From an uncultured Clostridium sp. (GTDB lineage: Bacteria; Bacillota; Clostridia; Oscillospirales; Acutalibacteraceae): a stretch of 64,000 nt of DNA. Shown in pieces: positions 30,866-41,365 of this stretch (position 1 is the stretch's first letter; each line of letters begins with the position of its first letter). The stretch is taken from assembly GCA_964386035.1 (NCBI GenBank), contig CAYLQT010000010.1:14963-78962 (forward strand), in the 5' to 3' direction. Both the position numbers and the translations under genes were made by a program. Below the pieces are notes generated by a model. It ran no database searches. It worked only from the letters and a program-made list of their open reading frames with translations, and was not told where the DNA came from.

Positions 30866-31384
30866 TTATTTCAATGTGCAATCCCGAAACTCAACCTCAA
30901 GCTCCGCCTGCGGCACCTCAAGACGGGTAGGCAAGCCGGAGGCAGAACGCCTGAGCGTAAAGCTAACGCCGGATACCATACCCGTTGTCACAAAGCCGTT
31001 CAAATCCTTTTGAGTAACGGCAGTGGAGGTGTCCGACGCACCTCGAACCGAATCGGCAACGAGCTTGCCGACGCCGCTTTGCGGAAGTGACGAAAAATCG
31101 GCGGTGAACGAAACCGAGCCGAGACTCAGCTTACATTCCGTGCCGTCAACCTCTATTTTCATCCCCTTGACCGTGGCAGGGGCGGTAAACTCGAGCACCG
31201 CCTGCGCGAGCGACTGCTGAGTATACAGTGCCTCATACTCCCTCTCGCCATGAACAATATAAACCGTTGAGCTGAACGCCGTAGGTATATCGGGCGGTGA
31301 GGAGACGTTATTACCTTCGTTTTTGCCTTTACATCCGAAGAGAGTAAAAACAAGTGCCACAGCAAGGAGCAAAATGCGTTTCAA
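30866..31384 (-). CDS. lipoprotein, LolA-like; syntenic position of YdcC/GerS
   Basis: Lipobox LFGC; EFTAPATVKGMKIEVDG segment resembles clostridial LolA-like proteins; lies between nnr and mazF. Confidence 0.6.
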   Translation of the reverse strand: MKRILLLAVALVFTLFGCKGKNEGNNVSSPPDIPTAFSSTVYIVHGEREYEALYTQQSLAQAVLEFTAPATVKGMKIEVDGTECKLSLGSVSFTADFSSLPQSGVGKLVADSVRGASDTSTAVTQKDLNGFVTTGMVSGVSFTLRRSASGLPTRLEVPQAELEVEFRDCTLK

Positions 31385-31408
31385 ACAAATACCTCCAAAG
31401 AGGCTCGG

Positions 31409-32953
31409 TCATTCGAGAGTGCGAAGCACATCGGGCAGGGCGGCTATGGAATCCGAGGCGAGCAATGATGAGAGCGAGCCGTTCTTAGCCGCAGCATCCC
31501 CTGCCGCACCGTGGATATAAGCACCGAGGACTGCCGCATCAAAGGGATATACCTCCTGAGCGAGCAGGGAAAGGATGATACCGGAGAGCATATCGCCCAT
31601 TCCGCCCTTTGCCATACCCTGATTTCCTGTAATATTTATATAAGCCTCGCTTCTGCCTGCACCTGCAACAACGGTGCTTGCGCCCTTCAGGAGCACAACA
31701 ACGCCGTATTTTTCGGCAAACTCTCTTGCTGTACCCTCTCTGTTGCTCTCAATTTCCGCAATGCTCTTTCCGGTAAGACGAGACATTTCACCCGGATGCG
31801 GAGTGAGGATGACCGGAGCCTTGATATTTTTCAGTATATCTATATTGGCGGCAATGGCATTTATTCCGTCCGCATCGATAACAAGCGGCTTTTTGCAGTT
31901 TTCAACAACGGAATATACAAGCTCTTTTGTTGCGAGATTGACACCTAATCCGCATCCGATAAGTACAGCGGAAGCCTTTTCGATTTCATCCAAAAGTGTA
32001 GGTATTGCACCATTGGCAAACGTGCCCTGCATATTCGACGGCAGGGGCAAAAGCAATGCTTCGGTAACTTTCGGCGCTATGGCAGGATAGGCGGCATCGG
32101 GGAAAGCGGCGGTGACAAGTCCCGCGCCGCAACGAAGTGCCGCATTTGCGGCTATGGCAGCGGCACCCTGCATATTACGACTGCCACATATGCTCAACGC
32201 ATGGCCGAACGTCCCCTTGTGCGCCATTATCGGACGGCGTGGAAACAGCGTTTTTGCCTCGGATTTTGTCAACACAGCGAGAGTATTGCCCTCTACCTCG
32301 GATAACACATCATCCTCAATGCCGATTCCGACAGTCACCGTTTCACCGCAGAACGCACGGGCAGGCTTAATAACATGAACGGGCTTCAGGCAGGATATTG
32401 CAACAGTTATATCCGCCCTGACCGAGCAACCGAAAAGCTCGCCGTTATCGCTCTCAAGTCCACTCGGGACATCCACACTGACGACGCTTGCCGATGCGGA
32501 ATTTATTCTTTCAAACACCTCACGGACACGCCCATCCTCTCGGTACCTGTATCCCGTACCGAAAACAGCATCGACTATAACGGCGGCAGTATCGATAGCT
32601 TTGTTCGCCGCATCACTGCCCCAAAAATACTCTGGCACAAGTCCGGTTTCGACCGCTTTTTCACGCATGAGCACGGAATCCTCCGCCGTTGGCAAACCAA
32701 ATGCCTCTACTATAACCGCATTAAAGCCTGCCGCAGTGAGCTTGCGAGCAATAACAAAGCCGTCACCGCCGTTTTTGCCCTTTCCGCAGACAACGCAAAT
32801 AATCTTGCCGCTGTTTTCAAGAGCCGAAAAGCGTTCTCTTATCACCCTTGCACACGCACTGCCTGCATTCTCCATAAGGCGAGTAAAGCTAAGACCTCTC
32901 GCCGCCTGCGCCTGTTCGGCAGAAAACATCTGTGATGCGGTCAAAACCTTCAT
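31409..32953 (-). CDS. nnr: bifunctional NAD(P)H-hydrate epimerase/dehydratase
   Basis: LMENAG, GKGKNGGDG, VDAVFGTG, VDVPSG; HKGTFG, VIDADG, LTPHPGEMSRL, LLKGAST, GMGDMLSG. Confidence 0.95.
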   Translation of the reverse strand: MKVLTASQMFSAEQAQAARGLSFTRLMENAGSACARVIRERFSALENSGKIICVVCGKGKNGGDGFVIARKLTAAGFNAVIVEAFGLPTAEDSVLMREKAVETGLVPEYFWGSDAANKAIDTAAVIVDAVFGTGYRYREDGRVREVFERINSASASVVSVDVPSGLESDNGELFGCSVRADITVAISCLKPVHVIKPARAFCGETVTVGIGIEDDVLSEVEGNTLAVLTKSEAKTLFPRRPIMAHKGTFGHALSICGSRNMQGAAAIAANAALRCGAGLVTAAFPDAAYPAIAPKVTEALLLPLPSNMQGTFANGAIPTLLDEIEKASAVLIGCGLGVNLATKELVYSVVENCKKPLVIDADGINAIAANIDILKNIKAPVILTPHPGEMSRLTGKSIAEIESNREGTAREFAEKYGVVVLLKGASTVVAGAGRSEAYINITGNQGMAKGGMGDMLSGIILSLLAQEVYPFDAAVLGAYIHGAAGDAAAKNGSLSSLLASDSIAALPDVLRTLE

Positions 32954-32970
32954 AATTATCCTCCGTTTAA

Positions 32971-33000
32971 AAATCAAGGGACTGCCGCCGAGCAGTCCCC
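32971..33000 (-). terminator. terminator after Clp ATPase
   Basis: GGGACTGC-N6-GCAGTCCC followed by TTGATTTTT on minus strand. Confidence 0.65.
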
Positions 33001-33005
33001 TGTTA

Positions 33006-35339
33006 TCATTTTGCGTTTATTACTATATTTTCGTCCACAGTCTCAGCACGAACCTCGCTCAGCCCGGAGGCGGCACTGTCAACTATGGCATTGGCTATCT
33101 TATCCTCAACCTGACGCCTGATATTGTTACGCAGGTCACGGGCTCCTCTGAGACCGCCGTCGGACATTTCGGCTATAAGCTTGGGAACACCGTCATCCCA
33201 GCTAAACGCTATACCCTTATCCTTGAGCGGCTCAACAAGCTCTGAGAGCATGAGAGTTGCTATCTTCTCAAGATTCTCGGCTGTGAGGTCGTTGAACACG
33301 ACTATCTCATCAACTCTGCCCAAAAACTCGGGACGCAGGAATTCACGAAGAGCCTTGTGTGCCTTCTCCTTGTTGGCATCGCTCTGATTCTTCGCAAAGC
33401 CCAAAACGCTCTCACGGCGTTCACTGCCGGCATTGGAGGTCATGATGATGACTGTATTCTCAAAGCTGACGGTTCTGCCCTGTGCATCGGTTATTCTGCC
33501 CTCATCAAGTATCTGGAGCAGGATATTCATTACATCGGGATGAGCCTTCTCGATCTCGTCAAAGAGGATGACGGAATACGGCTTCCTGCGAACCTTTTCG
33601 GTGAGCTGGCCTGCCTCATCGTAGCCGACATATCCGGGCGGTGAGCCGATTATACGGGAGACTGAGTGCTTCTCCATAAATTCAGACATATCAAGTCTTA
33701 TAAGCGTCTCCGGCGTGTTGAAAAGCTCCTGAGAGAGCAGCTTTACAAGCTCCGTCTTGCCGACACCGGTAGGGCCGACAAAGATAAACGACGACGGGCG
33801 GCGGCGAGGATTTATCTGCACTCTGCCACGCTTTATAGCCGCACAGACAAGCTCCACAGCCTCATCCTGACCGATAAGCTTCGCTTTCAAATTCTGCTCC
33901 ATATCGGCAAGTCGAGTCAGGTCACTCTCCATTATCTTATTGGCAGGTATGCCTGTCCAAAGCTGGATAACTCTTGCAATATCCGCCTCTGTCACCGCAT
34001 TGTCAGCGGCTAATGGCTTGAGTGCCTCTATATCCTTTTCCTTGTCGGAAATACTGCGTTTCACATTGAGAAGCCCCTCATAATCGGGATTCTCCGTCTC
34101 CTCCATAAGCGACTGCTGACGGTCGTTGAGAAGCTTTAAATCGTCCTCTGCCGTCTCAAGGTCACTGATGCTCTTGTTGCGAAGATTTGCACAGGTGCAA
34201 GCTTCATCAAGCAGATCTATCGCCTTATCGGGCAGGAAGCGGTCATTGATATAACGCTCGGAAAGCACAACCGCTCTGTGAACAAGCGAATCGCTGATAG
34301 TAACCTTATGGAAATTCTCGTAGTAATCCTTGATGCCGACAAGCATCTGATAGGTCTCCTCTATCGACGGCTCCTCAACCTTTATCGGCTGAAGACGGCG
34401 TTCAAGTGCGGCATCCTTTTCGATATATTTTCTGTACTCGGTGAAAGTAGTTGCACCGATTATCTGTATCTCCCCTCTTGAGAGTGCAGGCTTGAGGATA
34501 TTAGCGGCATTCATCGAGCCTTCCGCATCGCCTGTTCCGACGAGATTGTGAACCTCATCGATAAAGAGGATTATATTACCCTCGTTCTTAACCTCATCGA
34601 TAAGACCCTTTATTCGACTCTCGAACTGTCCTCTGAACTGTGTGCCTGCCACAAGTGCGGTGAGGTCGAGAAGATGTATCTCTTTTTTGGCAAGCTTTGC
34701 CGGAACTTCGCCTTTTGCAATACGCAGTGCCAGTCCCTCGGCTATTGCCGTTTTACCTACACCGGGTTCACCAATAAGGCACGGATTATTCTTCGAGCGG
34801 CGGCAGAGAATCTGCACGGCACGGTAAATCTCGTTGTCACGGCCGATTATTCTGTCTATCCTACCGTCACGGGCTTTCTCGGTAAGGTCTGTGCAATAGA
34901 GAGAGAGAAACTTTCTGCCTTTTTTTCTGTTCTTTTTATCGCTTTTTTTGTCGTGAGACTTTGCGTTGATGATGGGGATTCCGAACGGACTTGTCTTGGG
35001 CTTACTCTCGTCATCCGAGGCCTCGTTTTCGTCGCCCTCGTCCTCTTCGTCCTCGTCCTCGTCCTCCTCGGACTGATTCATAAAGGGCAGAGTGCCGGCA
35101 CCACCGGGCATAAAACCTGTACCCTCCTCGCCGAAAAGCGTGTCGAACTGCTCGCTGACAGAATCGACCTCGTCCTCCGAGATGCCCATGCTCTCCATTA
35201 TCTGCTTTATCGGCCCGATATTCATCTCCATGGCGCACTTCATGCAAAGTCCTTCCTGCTTGGTCTCGCTACCCTCGACCTTGGTTATAAAGAACATCGC
35301 CGGACGCTTGCCGCACCTGGAACACATCATCTTTTTCAT
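33006..35339 (-). CDS. ATP-dependent Clp protease ATP-binding subunit (ClpE/ClpC-like) with N-terminal CxxC-CxxC
   Basis: Two AAA+ modules ([13 protein letters not shown]; [22 protein letters not shown]), YVGY pore loop, LGF ClpP-docking loop. Confidence 0.92.
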   Translation of the reverse strand: MKKMMCSRCGKRPAMFFITKVEGSETKQEGLCMKCAMEMNIGPIKQIMESMGISEDEVDSVSEQFDTLFGEEGTGFMPGGAGTLPFMNQSEEDEDEDEEDEGDENEASDDESKPKTSPFGIPIINAKSHDKKSDKKNRKKGRKFLSLYCTDLTEKARDGRIDRIIGRDNEIYRAVQILCRRSKNNPCLIGEPGVGKTAIAEGLALRIAKGEVPAKLAKKEIHLLDLTALVAGTQFRGQFESRIKGLIDEVKNEGNIILFIDEVHNLVGTGDAEGSMNAANILKPALSRGEIQIIGATTFTEYRKYIEKDAALERRLQPIKVEEPSIEETYQMLVGIKDYYENFHKVTISDSLVHRAVVLSERYINDRFLPDKAIDLLDEACTCANLRNKSISDLETAEDDLKLLNDRQQSLMEETENPDYEGLLNVKRSISDKEKDIEALKPLAADNAVTEADIARVIQLWTGIPANKIMESDLTRLADMEQNLKAKLIGQDEAVELVCAAIKRGRVQINPRRRPSSFIFVGPTGVGKTELVKLLSQELFNTPETLIRLDMSEFMEKHSVSRIIGSPPGYVGYDEAGQLTEKVRRKPYSVILFDEIEKAHPDVMNILLQILDEGRITDAQGRTVSFENTVIIMTSNAGSERRESVLGFAKNQSDANKEKAHKALREFLRPEFLGRVDEIVVFNDLTAENLEKIATLMLSELVEPLKDKGIAFSWDDGVPKLIAEMSDGGLRGARDLRNNIRRQVEDKIANAIVDSAASGLSEVRAETVDENIVINAK

Positions 35340-35357
35340 CTGAGTAATCTCCGAAAA

Positions 35358-35984
35358 TTAGTTTTTGCTGTCTTTAGATGACCACTTCTCTTTAAACTGC
35401 CTGTAGGTTGCAGGCATATAGCTGAGAAATGCCACTATTGTAAGTATTGCCGAAATAATCACAAGTGCCATAAGTACAGGGTCGGGCAGAGTCCAAAAAG
35501 CTCTGAATGCACCGATCTCGGGGCCGAAGCCGATTATAACGAGCATGACGAGATAGAACACAAAGGTTGCAACCTTGCCGTAAATCTCCGCAGCTCCGGG
35601 CTTAATACCGCAGGCAATCATTACCGCACCGCCGAGCACCATCAAAGCCTCTTTGCCGAGGAATACAAGGAACACCCAGCTAAACGCTCTCATAAGGCTG
35701 TCATTGCAGTTGTGGAACGAAATATAAAGCATTACCGCTATTGTTATCTGAGTAAGCTTATCGGCAACGGGATCAAGGATCTTGCCCAGCTCACTGACCT
35801 GATTGAAACGGCGTGCTATCTTGCCGTCAAGAAAATCGCTCAAGCCGGAGAGTGCAAGCATAAGCACTGCCCATCCGATATGTCCGTTATAATAGAGCAC
35901 AGCGAATGCCGGTATAAGAAAAATTCTTATCAGTGACAGCAGATTCGGGACTGTCAAACAGCCCTTAAATAAACCTTTGACCAT
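35358..35984 (-). CDS. CDP-alcohol phosphatidyltransferase (PgsA family)
   Basis: TVPNLLSLIR, SDFLDGKIARRFNQVSELGKILDPVADK. Confidence 0.92.
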   Translation of the reverse strand: MVKGLFKGCLTVPNLLSLIRIFLIPAFAVLYYNGHIGWAVLMLALSGLSDFLDGKIARRFNQVSELGKILDPVADKLTQITIAVMLYISFHNCNDSLMRAFSWVFLVFLGKEALMVLGGAVMIACGIKPGAAEIYGKVATFVFYLVMLVIIGFGPEIGAFRAFWTLPDPVLMALVIISAILTIVAFLSYMPATYRQFKEKWSSKDSKN

Positions 35985-36054
35985 TGTTATCCTCCTCATT
36001 CTTTCGTTCGTGGGATGAACGAATTCCCTTATTCAGTTAGAAAAAATGATACAA

Positions 36055-36762
36055 TCAAACCGTTATCAATCGAGAAAAAATATCGGTTGAAACGATAAAA
36101 TCGACTATTTTGGAGTCCCTGACCGCACTTGCAAGTTCATTGTCAGGCACGAGCGATGCAACCGCATCGAGCAAAAGGCAGAGCGACACGGTAACAAACA
36201 CACCCTTAGCTGCACCGAAAACACCGCCCAAGGTGCGGTTGACGGAGCGGATAACGGGCAAATCAAAAAGCTTGCACACGGCTTTTGAAACGAACTGAAG
36301 AACTATGTTGCACACGAAAAAGATCAACGCAAAGCAGATGACCTTGAGCACCGCAACCGCTATGGGCATGGCGATACTGTTGCAAATCTCAGCGGAAATA
36401 TTCGACGCACTCAGATCAATCTCGCCTGCCTGACGGGAAACGGCAGCTATATCAACGCCCATATTCTCGGCGGCTCTGACTATGGAATCGGGAAGTGAGG
36501 CTATTATCTCCTGCACATTCTGCACCGTAAGCTCGGCGGAAGAAATATCCGGAAGCTGTGCGGCGACCGCAGACTCTATACCGTTTTTGATGAAGATATT
36601 ATAAGCCGCCTGCGCCACAGGCTCACTGAGCCACACGGCAACTCCTGCCGACACGATAACGACAACAAGGCCTACAACCGAACGCACAAGACCGTTCTTG
36701 ACACCGTTTATCACAAACAGTGCAAAAACAGCGAGGATCAGTATATCAACTATAAACTCCAA
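36055..36762 (-). CDS. CvpA (colicin V production) family membrane protein
   Basis: D..IL......G.KNGLVRS N-terminus; VNRTLGGVFGAAKG C-terminal motif; TTG start after GGAGG. Confidence 0.8.
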   Translation of the reverse strand: MEFIVDILILAVFALFVINGVKNGLVRSVVGLVVVIVSAGVAVWLSEPVAQAAYNIFIKNGIESAVAAQLPDISSAELTVQNVQEIIASLPDSIVRAAENMGVDIAAVSRQAGEIDLSASNISAEICNSIAMPIAVAVLKVICFALIFFVCNIVLQFVSKAVCKLFDLPVIRSVNRTLGGVFGAAKGVFVTVSLCLLLDAVASLVPDNELASAVRDSKIVDFIVSTDIFSRLITV

Positions 36763-36791
36763 ATTGCCGCCTCCCGAAGTACATTTTTTTA

Positions 36792-36820
36792 ATTATATCA
36801 CACGCTATGTGTACTGGCAA
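36792..36820 (-). promoter_or_regulatory. sigmaA promoter for cvpA-pgsA
   Basis: TTGCCA-N17-TATAAT with TG extension. Confidence 0.65.
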
Positions 36821-36842
36821 ACATTTTATTATTAACCGATTA

Positions 36843-38045
36843 TTAATTTTTTGTTATGTTCGAGGCATATTGCACATAAACATCGCCGCCCGAAACAATG
36901 ACTCGCTTGCCGTTTTTGCCTGCCGAGACCGTTTTTGCCGTCTCGCCGCTGCTACCGATAAGCTCAACACCGTCCTCAAACAGGACTACCACATACTTAT
37001 CCGTGCAGCTCAGAGCGTATATTTTTTTATCAAAGCTACGCTCAAACAGAAGCTTTGAACGCTTATCAAACGCTACAACCTTCGGCTTCTCCTCGTTCGC
37101 ATACTCATAGAGCACCACAGCACTTCTACCCGAGTCCGAGAATGCCTCGTGTGCAAGGGTGTTGCTTCCAAAGGAATAGTCCTCAGTATGTCCAGACTTT
37201 GTAACCGTCGTCTTGAAATCTGTCGAATAAGCTATCACCTTGTTGTTCGACGGATAAATTACATCGAACAACAACGTGTTGTCATACTTAATATCCGTTA
37301 CAACAGGCTCATCCTTGCCAAACTCAATCACAACAAGGCGTGAATATGTCATCGCCTTCTCCGAGCCTATCAGCACAAGTGCTGCCTTTTTGCCGTTTGG
37401 CGAGACTGCTATATCAAATATTTTCTCCTTGGCACATTCCCACGCAAATATTTTTTCGAGCTTGTGGTTATAGACACGAAGCTCGCTCTGTGCGCCGGAG
37501 GTCTTGAGTGAAAAGGCAACCGTGCCGTCCTTGCCCATTGCGGCGGTATATATCGGCGTTTCCGTCTTGCCTTCTCCGAGTATTTTGCTTGAATTCATAA
37601 CGGTAAAATCGCCCGTCGTGCGGTCATAGACAAGTGCTCTGCCGTTATACACGAACATATCGGGGTCGGAATAATTATGCTCCAGACGGCCGATCTCCTT
37701 TGCCGTGGAATTGAGCACAACCACGGAATTTCTCGTAAGCAGTGCAATATTCGACTTAAACGGCTTCATATCAAGCACATCAGCGGCACCTATTTTATAC
37801 GGATAGCCGGCACCCGTTCCCGAATCGGAGACGAGCTGCTTTGCGGAATCCTCGACATCGCTGTACTGCATACCGCCAAAGGAACGTGCCGCAAAGAACA
37901 CAACCACGCCGACGGCTATGAGAGTAAGTATTATAACTATAAGCGTCTCACGAGTGAACTTGAATTTTTTGCGTTTTGACCTTCTGCGCTTCTTCTTCGA
38001 CTGCGTTTTTGCAGGTCGTTTGGTCGAGTTCATCTTCTCTGCCAA
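36843..38045 (-). CDS. membrane-anchored beta-propeller-like protein (DUF5711-like)
   Basis: Basic N-tail, one TM, repeated beta-strand segments; TTG start after GGAGGT just downstream of truA. Confidence 0.65.
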   Translation of the reverse strand: MAEKMNSTKRPAKTQSKKKRRRSKRKKFKFTRETLIVIILTLIAVGVVVFFAARSFGGMQYSDVEDSAKQLVSDSGTGAGYPYKIGAADVLDMKPFKSNIALLTRNSVVVLNSTAKEIGRLEHNYSDPDMFVYNGRALVYDRTTGDFTVMNSSKILGEGKTETPIYTAAMGKDGTVAFSLKTSGAQSELRVYNHKLEKIFAWECAKEKIFDIAVSPNGKKAALVLIGSEKAMTYSRLVVIEFGKDEPVVTDIKYDNTLLFDVIYPSNNKVIAYSTDFKTTVTKSGHTEDYSFGSNTLAHEAFSDSGRSAVVLYEYANEEKPKVVAFDKRSKLLFERSFDKKIYALSCTDKYVVVLFEDGVELIGSSGETAKTVSAGKNGKRVIVSGGDVYVQYASNITKN

Positions 38046-38061
38046 GGAATACACCTCCGTT

Positions 38062-38823
38062 TTATCCGAGCTTATCTTCTGCGTAAAATACACGTTCAAG
38101 ACAGAGTCCCTGTGCAGGTGCGGTTGCCCCCGCCCTGTCTCTGTCACACGAGAGAATAATACTGCCAATGGAATCCTTTTCTATTCTGCCCCGTGAAATA
38201 TCCAAAAGAGTTCCAACCATTATTCTGACCATATTGTAAAGAAATCCGTCCGCCTCAAAGTACATGAGCACCTCATCGCCTCGGCGCACGACCTCGGCAC
38301 GGGCGATGGTGCGGACATTATCAACAGTGCTCGCCCCCGCCGCACAAAATGCGGAAAAATTATGCTTGCCCACAAGCTGCTTTGCCTGAGAGTTCAAAAA
38401 ATCGGCATCGAGCGGATATTTGTAATGATAAGAATATCTGTTTATAAAAGGGTTTCGCTCATCGGCGTTCCAAATTCTGTAGACATAGCGTTTACCGACA
38501 GAGTCATAGCGTGCGTGAAATTCAAACGGCACCTCACGGCAATCGGTCACGGCTATATCAGCCGGTAAAACACCGTTCAACGCTTTTTTCCACTTCTCCG
38601 CAGAGAGCTTTGAGTCGGTACGCATATTACAGCAATACATATCGGCATGGACACCTGAATCGGTGCGTGAACAGCCTACGACATTCTCTCTGACACCGCA
38701 GATATGCTCCACGGCATCCTGAAATGCCTGCTGAACGGTAATTGCGTTTTCCTGCACCTGCCAGCCGTGATAATTCGTGCCGTCATAACGCAGGGTAAAA
38801 AGCAGATTTTTCAAAATCTTCAC
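38062..38823 (-). CDS. truA: tRNA pseudouridine(38-40) synthase
   Basis: YDGTNYHGWQ, GCSRTDSGVHA, FHARY, GKHNFSAF, FLYNMVRIMVG, TAPAQGL. Confidence 0.97.
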   Translation of the reverse strand: MKILKNLLFTLRYDGTNYHGWQVQENAITVQQAFQDAVEHICGVRENVVGCSRTDSGVHADMYCCNMRTDSKLSAEKWKKALNGVLPADIAVTDCREVPFEFHARYDSVGKRYVYRIWNADERNPFINRYSYHYKYPLDADFLNSQAKQLVGKHNFSAFCAAGASTVDNVRTIARAEVVRRGDEVLMYFEADGFLYNMVRIMVGTLLDISRGRIEKDSIGSIILSCDRDRAGATAPAQGLCLERVFYAEDKLG

Positions 38824-38828
38824 CCCGT

Positions 38829-39644
38829 TTAGATGAGATGTCCGAAATAGTGGTTGAGCAATATCACCGCCGTCAAAAACAGAGCGGTTACCCCGAGGGC
38901 GACAAAATCACGCAGAGAGAGCTTCATCTGCTTCATGCGTGTTCTGCCCTCTCCGCCCGTATAGCAACGGCACTCCATCGCAAACGCAAGCTCATACGCA
39001 CGGCGGAACGACGAAATGAACAGTGGAATGAGTATCGGCACAAGTGCCTTTGCACGCTTTATAAGTCCACCGGTCTCAAGGTCTGCGCCCCTCGCCTTCT
39101 GTGCGTTCATGATTCGCTCTATCTCTTCGATAAGAACGGGAATAAAGCGCAATGCGAGTGTCATTATCATGGCAAGCGTATGAACGGGTATCTTTATCAC
39201 CTTGAGCGGCGAGAGCAGGCGTTCAAGCGCATCAGTGAGCATGGTGGGTGTTGTTGTATAGGTCAAAAGTGAGCTTACGACAACAAGCAGAACTATACGC
39301 ACAGTCGTAAACACTGCCGTGTATACGCCGCCTGTGGTTACGGTTATCCTCCAAAACGAGAAAAGCTCATCACCCGTCCGGTTATAAAAGACATTTATGA
39401 CAGCGGTAAAGAGCATAATTATCATCAGCGGTCTTATACTGCGCCACATCATTTTCATCGGAACCTTTGAGAGCAAAAGAGTTGCCACAACAAACAAAAG
39501 TCCCAGTGCGAGCGAATAAAAATTCCTGCAAACAAAAAGTATTACTATCAGCGACAGCGTAAGCACAAGCTTTATTCTCGCATCGAGGCGGTGAATGACC
39601 GAGCTGCCCGAATAATACTGACCTATGGTTATATCACTTATCAT
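38829..39644 (-). CDS. ecfT: ECF transporter transmembrane component
   Basis: GQYY..SVIHRLDARIK, ALRFIP, AQKARG, AMECRCY. Confidence 0.95.
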   Translation of the reverse strand: MISDITIGQYYSGSSVIHRLDARIKLVLTLSLIVILFVCRNFYSLALGLLFVVATLLLSKVPMKMMWRSIRPLMIIMLFTAVINVFYNRTGDELFSFWRITVTTGGVYTAVFTTVRIVLLVVVSSLLTYTTTPTMLTDALERLLSPLKVIKIPVHTLAMIMTLALRFIPVLIEEIERIMNAQKARGADLETGGLIKRAKALVPILIPLFISSFRRAYELAFAMECRCYTGGEGRTRMKQMKLSLRDFVALGVTALFLTAVILLNHYFGHLI

Positions 39645-40504
39645 TCGCTCGCCCTCCCCTCAAAGTAGCGCATGAGCTCGTCCACACCGCCGTCAACAGT
39701 GAAAACTGAATCGGAGACATAGAAGCCCTTTGACTTGAGGAGCTTAAATATCTTCGTTATCTGCGGCACGGCAAGTCCCATTTCTTCAAGCTCGTCCGTG
39801 TGCGAATAGACCTCCGGCACTGTGCCGAACATGGCAACATGGGAATGGTTGAGCACGAGCACCCTGTCGGCTATTCTCGCAACATCCTCCATGCTGTGAG
39901 AAACGAGAATGACCGTACTGCCCGTCTTATCTCTATATGAACGGACAAGGGATAGGATGACCTCCCTGCCCTTTGGGTCAAGTCCTGCGGTAGGCTCATC
40001 GAGAATGAGCACCTCCGGCTCCATCGCCATAACACCGGCTATTGCGGCACGGCGCTTTTCGCCGCCCGAAAGGTCAAACGGAGACTTCTCAAGATGCTCC
40101 TCACTCAGCCCCACAAACTCTGCGGCACGGCGCACACGGCGGTCAACCTCATCACCGTCAAGTCCCATATTCTTAGGCCCGAAGGCAATGTCTTTATACA
40201 CAGTCTCTTCAAAGAGCTGATACTCGGGATATTGGAAGCACAGACCCACCTTAAACCTTGCGGCACGAAGGGTCTTTTTATCCTTGTTTATATCCTCACC
40301 GTCGAGAAGAACTCTGCCGCTGTCCGGCTTCAGCAGTCCGTTCAAATGCTGCAAAAGCGTGCTTTTGCCCGAACCCGTATGGCCTATCACGCCGACTATT
40401 TCACCGTGCTCTATCTCGATATTTATATTATCTATTGCGGCAACGGCTCCTGCCATACCGTTTTCATAGAGATGGGTGAGGTTCTCCGTCTTGAGTACAC
40501 TCAT
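39641..40504 (-). CDS. ecfA2: ECF transporter ATPase A2
   Basis: GHTGSGKST, FQYPEYQLFEETV, LSGGEKRRAAIAG, LDEPTAGLDP. Confidence 0.93.
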   Translation of the reverse strand: MSVLKTENLTHLYENGMAGAVAAIDNINIEIEHGEIVGVIGHTGSGKSTLLQHLNGLLKPDSGRVLLDGEDINKDKKTLRAARFKVGLCFQYPEYQLFEETVYKDIAFGPKNMGLDGDEVDRRVRRAAEFVGLSEEHLEKSPFDLSGGEKRRAAIAGVMAMEPEVLILDEPTAGLDPKGREVILSLVRSYRDKTGSTVILVSHSMEDVARIADRVLVLNHSHVAMFGTVPEVYSHTDELEEMGLAVPQITKIFKLLKSKGFYVSDSVFTVDGGVDELMRYFEGRASE

Positions 40505-41364
40505 CTGCTCACCTCCATAAGTGCCGAGAGTGCTTCAACGCACTCCTCGACATCGAGCACATCCTCCGGCAGGGCTATGCCCTTTTCTATCAGCCTGTGG
40601 CAAAGCTCGGTGCTCTGCGGCACATCAAGTCCGAACTCACGCAGCTTTTCAGTCTGCGAAAAGACCTCTCGGGGAGTTCCGTCAAGCCGAAGATGACCCG
40701 AATCTATAACTATGACCCTGTCCGCCTTGACCGCCTCATCCATAAAATGAGTGACGAACAGGACAGTTATTCCCATTTCACGGTTAAGTCTGCGTACAGT
40801 GTCAAAAACCTCACGGCGACCCTTGGGGTCGAGCATGGCAGTAGGTTCATCGAGGACAATACAGCCCGTCTGCATGGCGATTATACCTGCTATTGCGACA
40901 CGCTGCTTCTGACCACCCGAGAGTTTGTGCGGCTCACGCAGACGGTAATCATACATGCCAACGTTTTTGAGAGCTTCGTCCACCCTTTTGCGTATCTCCT
41001 TCGGCTCAACGCCGAGATTCTCGGGGCCAAATGCCACATCATCCTCAACTATCGTTGCGACTATCTGATTGTCGGGATTCTGAAACACCATTCCGACCTT
41101 GCGGCGAATGTCGGTAAGCTTTTCCTCGTCCGAGGTGTCGATACCGTCAACCGTAACAGTGCCGCTCTCGGGCACCAAAATGGCATTCGTCAGCTTGGCA
41201 AGTGTACTCTTGCCCGAGCCGTTGTGACCCAAAACCGCAACAAATTCGCCCTTTTTAATCTTGAGGTCTATATTGCAAAGTGCCGGAGAGGGATTGGGCA
41301 TACCCTCCTCCTCCGGCTCATAAGTATATGTTACATTTTTAAATTCGATAAAATTTTCGCTCAT
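40501..41364 (-). CDS. ecfA1: ECF transporter ATPase A1
   Basis: GHNGSGKST, FQNPDNQIV, LSGGQKQRVAIAG, LDEPTAMLDP. Confidence 0.93.
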   Translation of the reverse strand: MSENFIEFKNVTYTYEPEEEGMPNPSPALCNIDLKIKKGEFVAVLGHNGSGKSTLAKLTNAILVPESGTVTVDGIDTSDEEKLTDIRRKVGMVFQNPDNQIVATIVEDDVAFGPENLGVEPKEIRKRVDEALKNVGMYDYRLREPHKLSGGQKQRVAIAGIIAMQTGCIVLDEPTAMLDPKGRREVFDTVRRLNREMGITVLFVTHFMDEAVKADRVIVIDSGHLRLDGTPREVFSQTEKLREFGLDVPQSTELCHRLIEKGIALPEDVLDVEECVEALSALMEVSR

Positions 41365-41365
41365 A

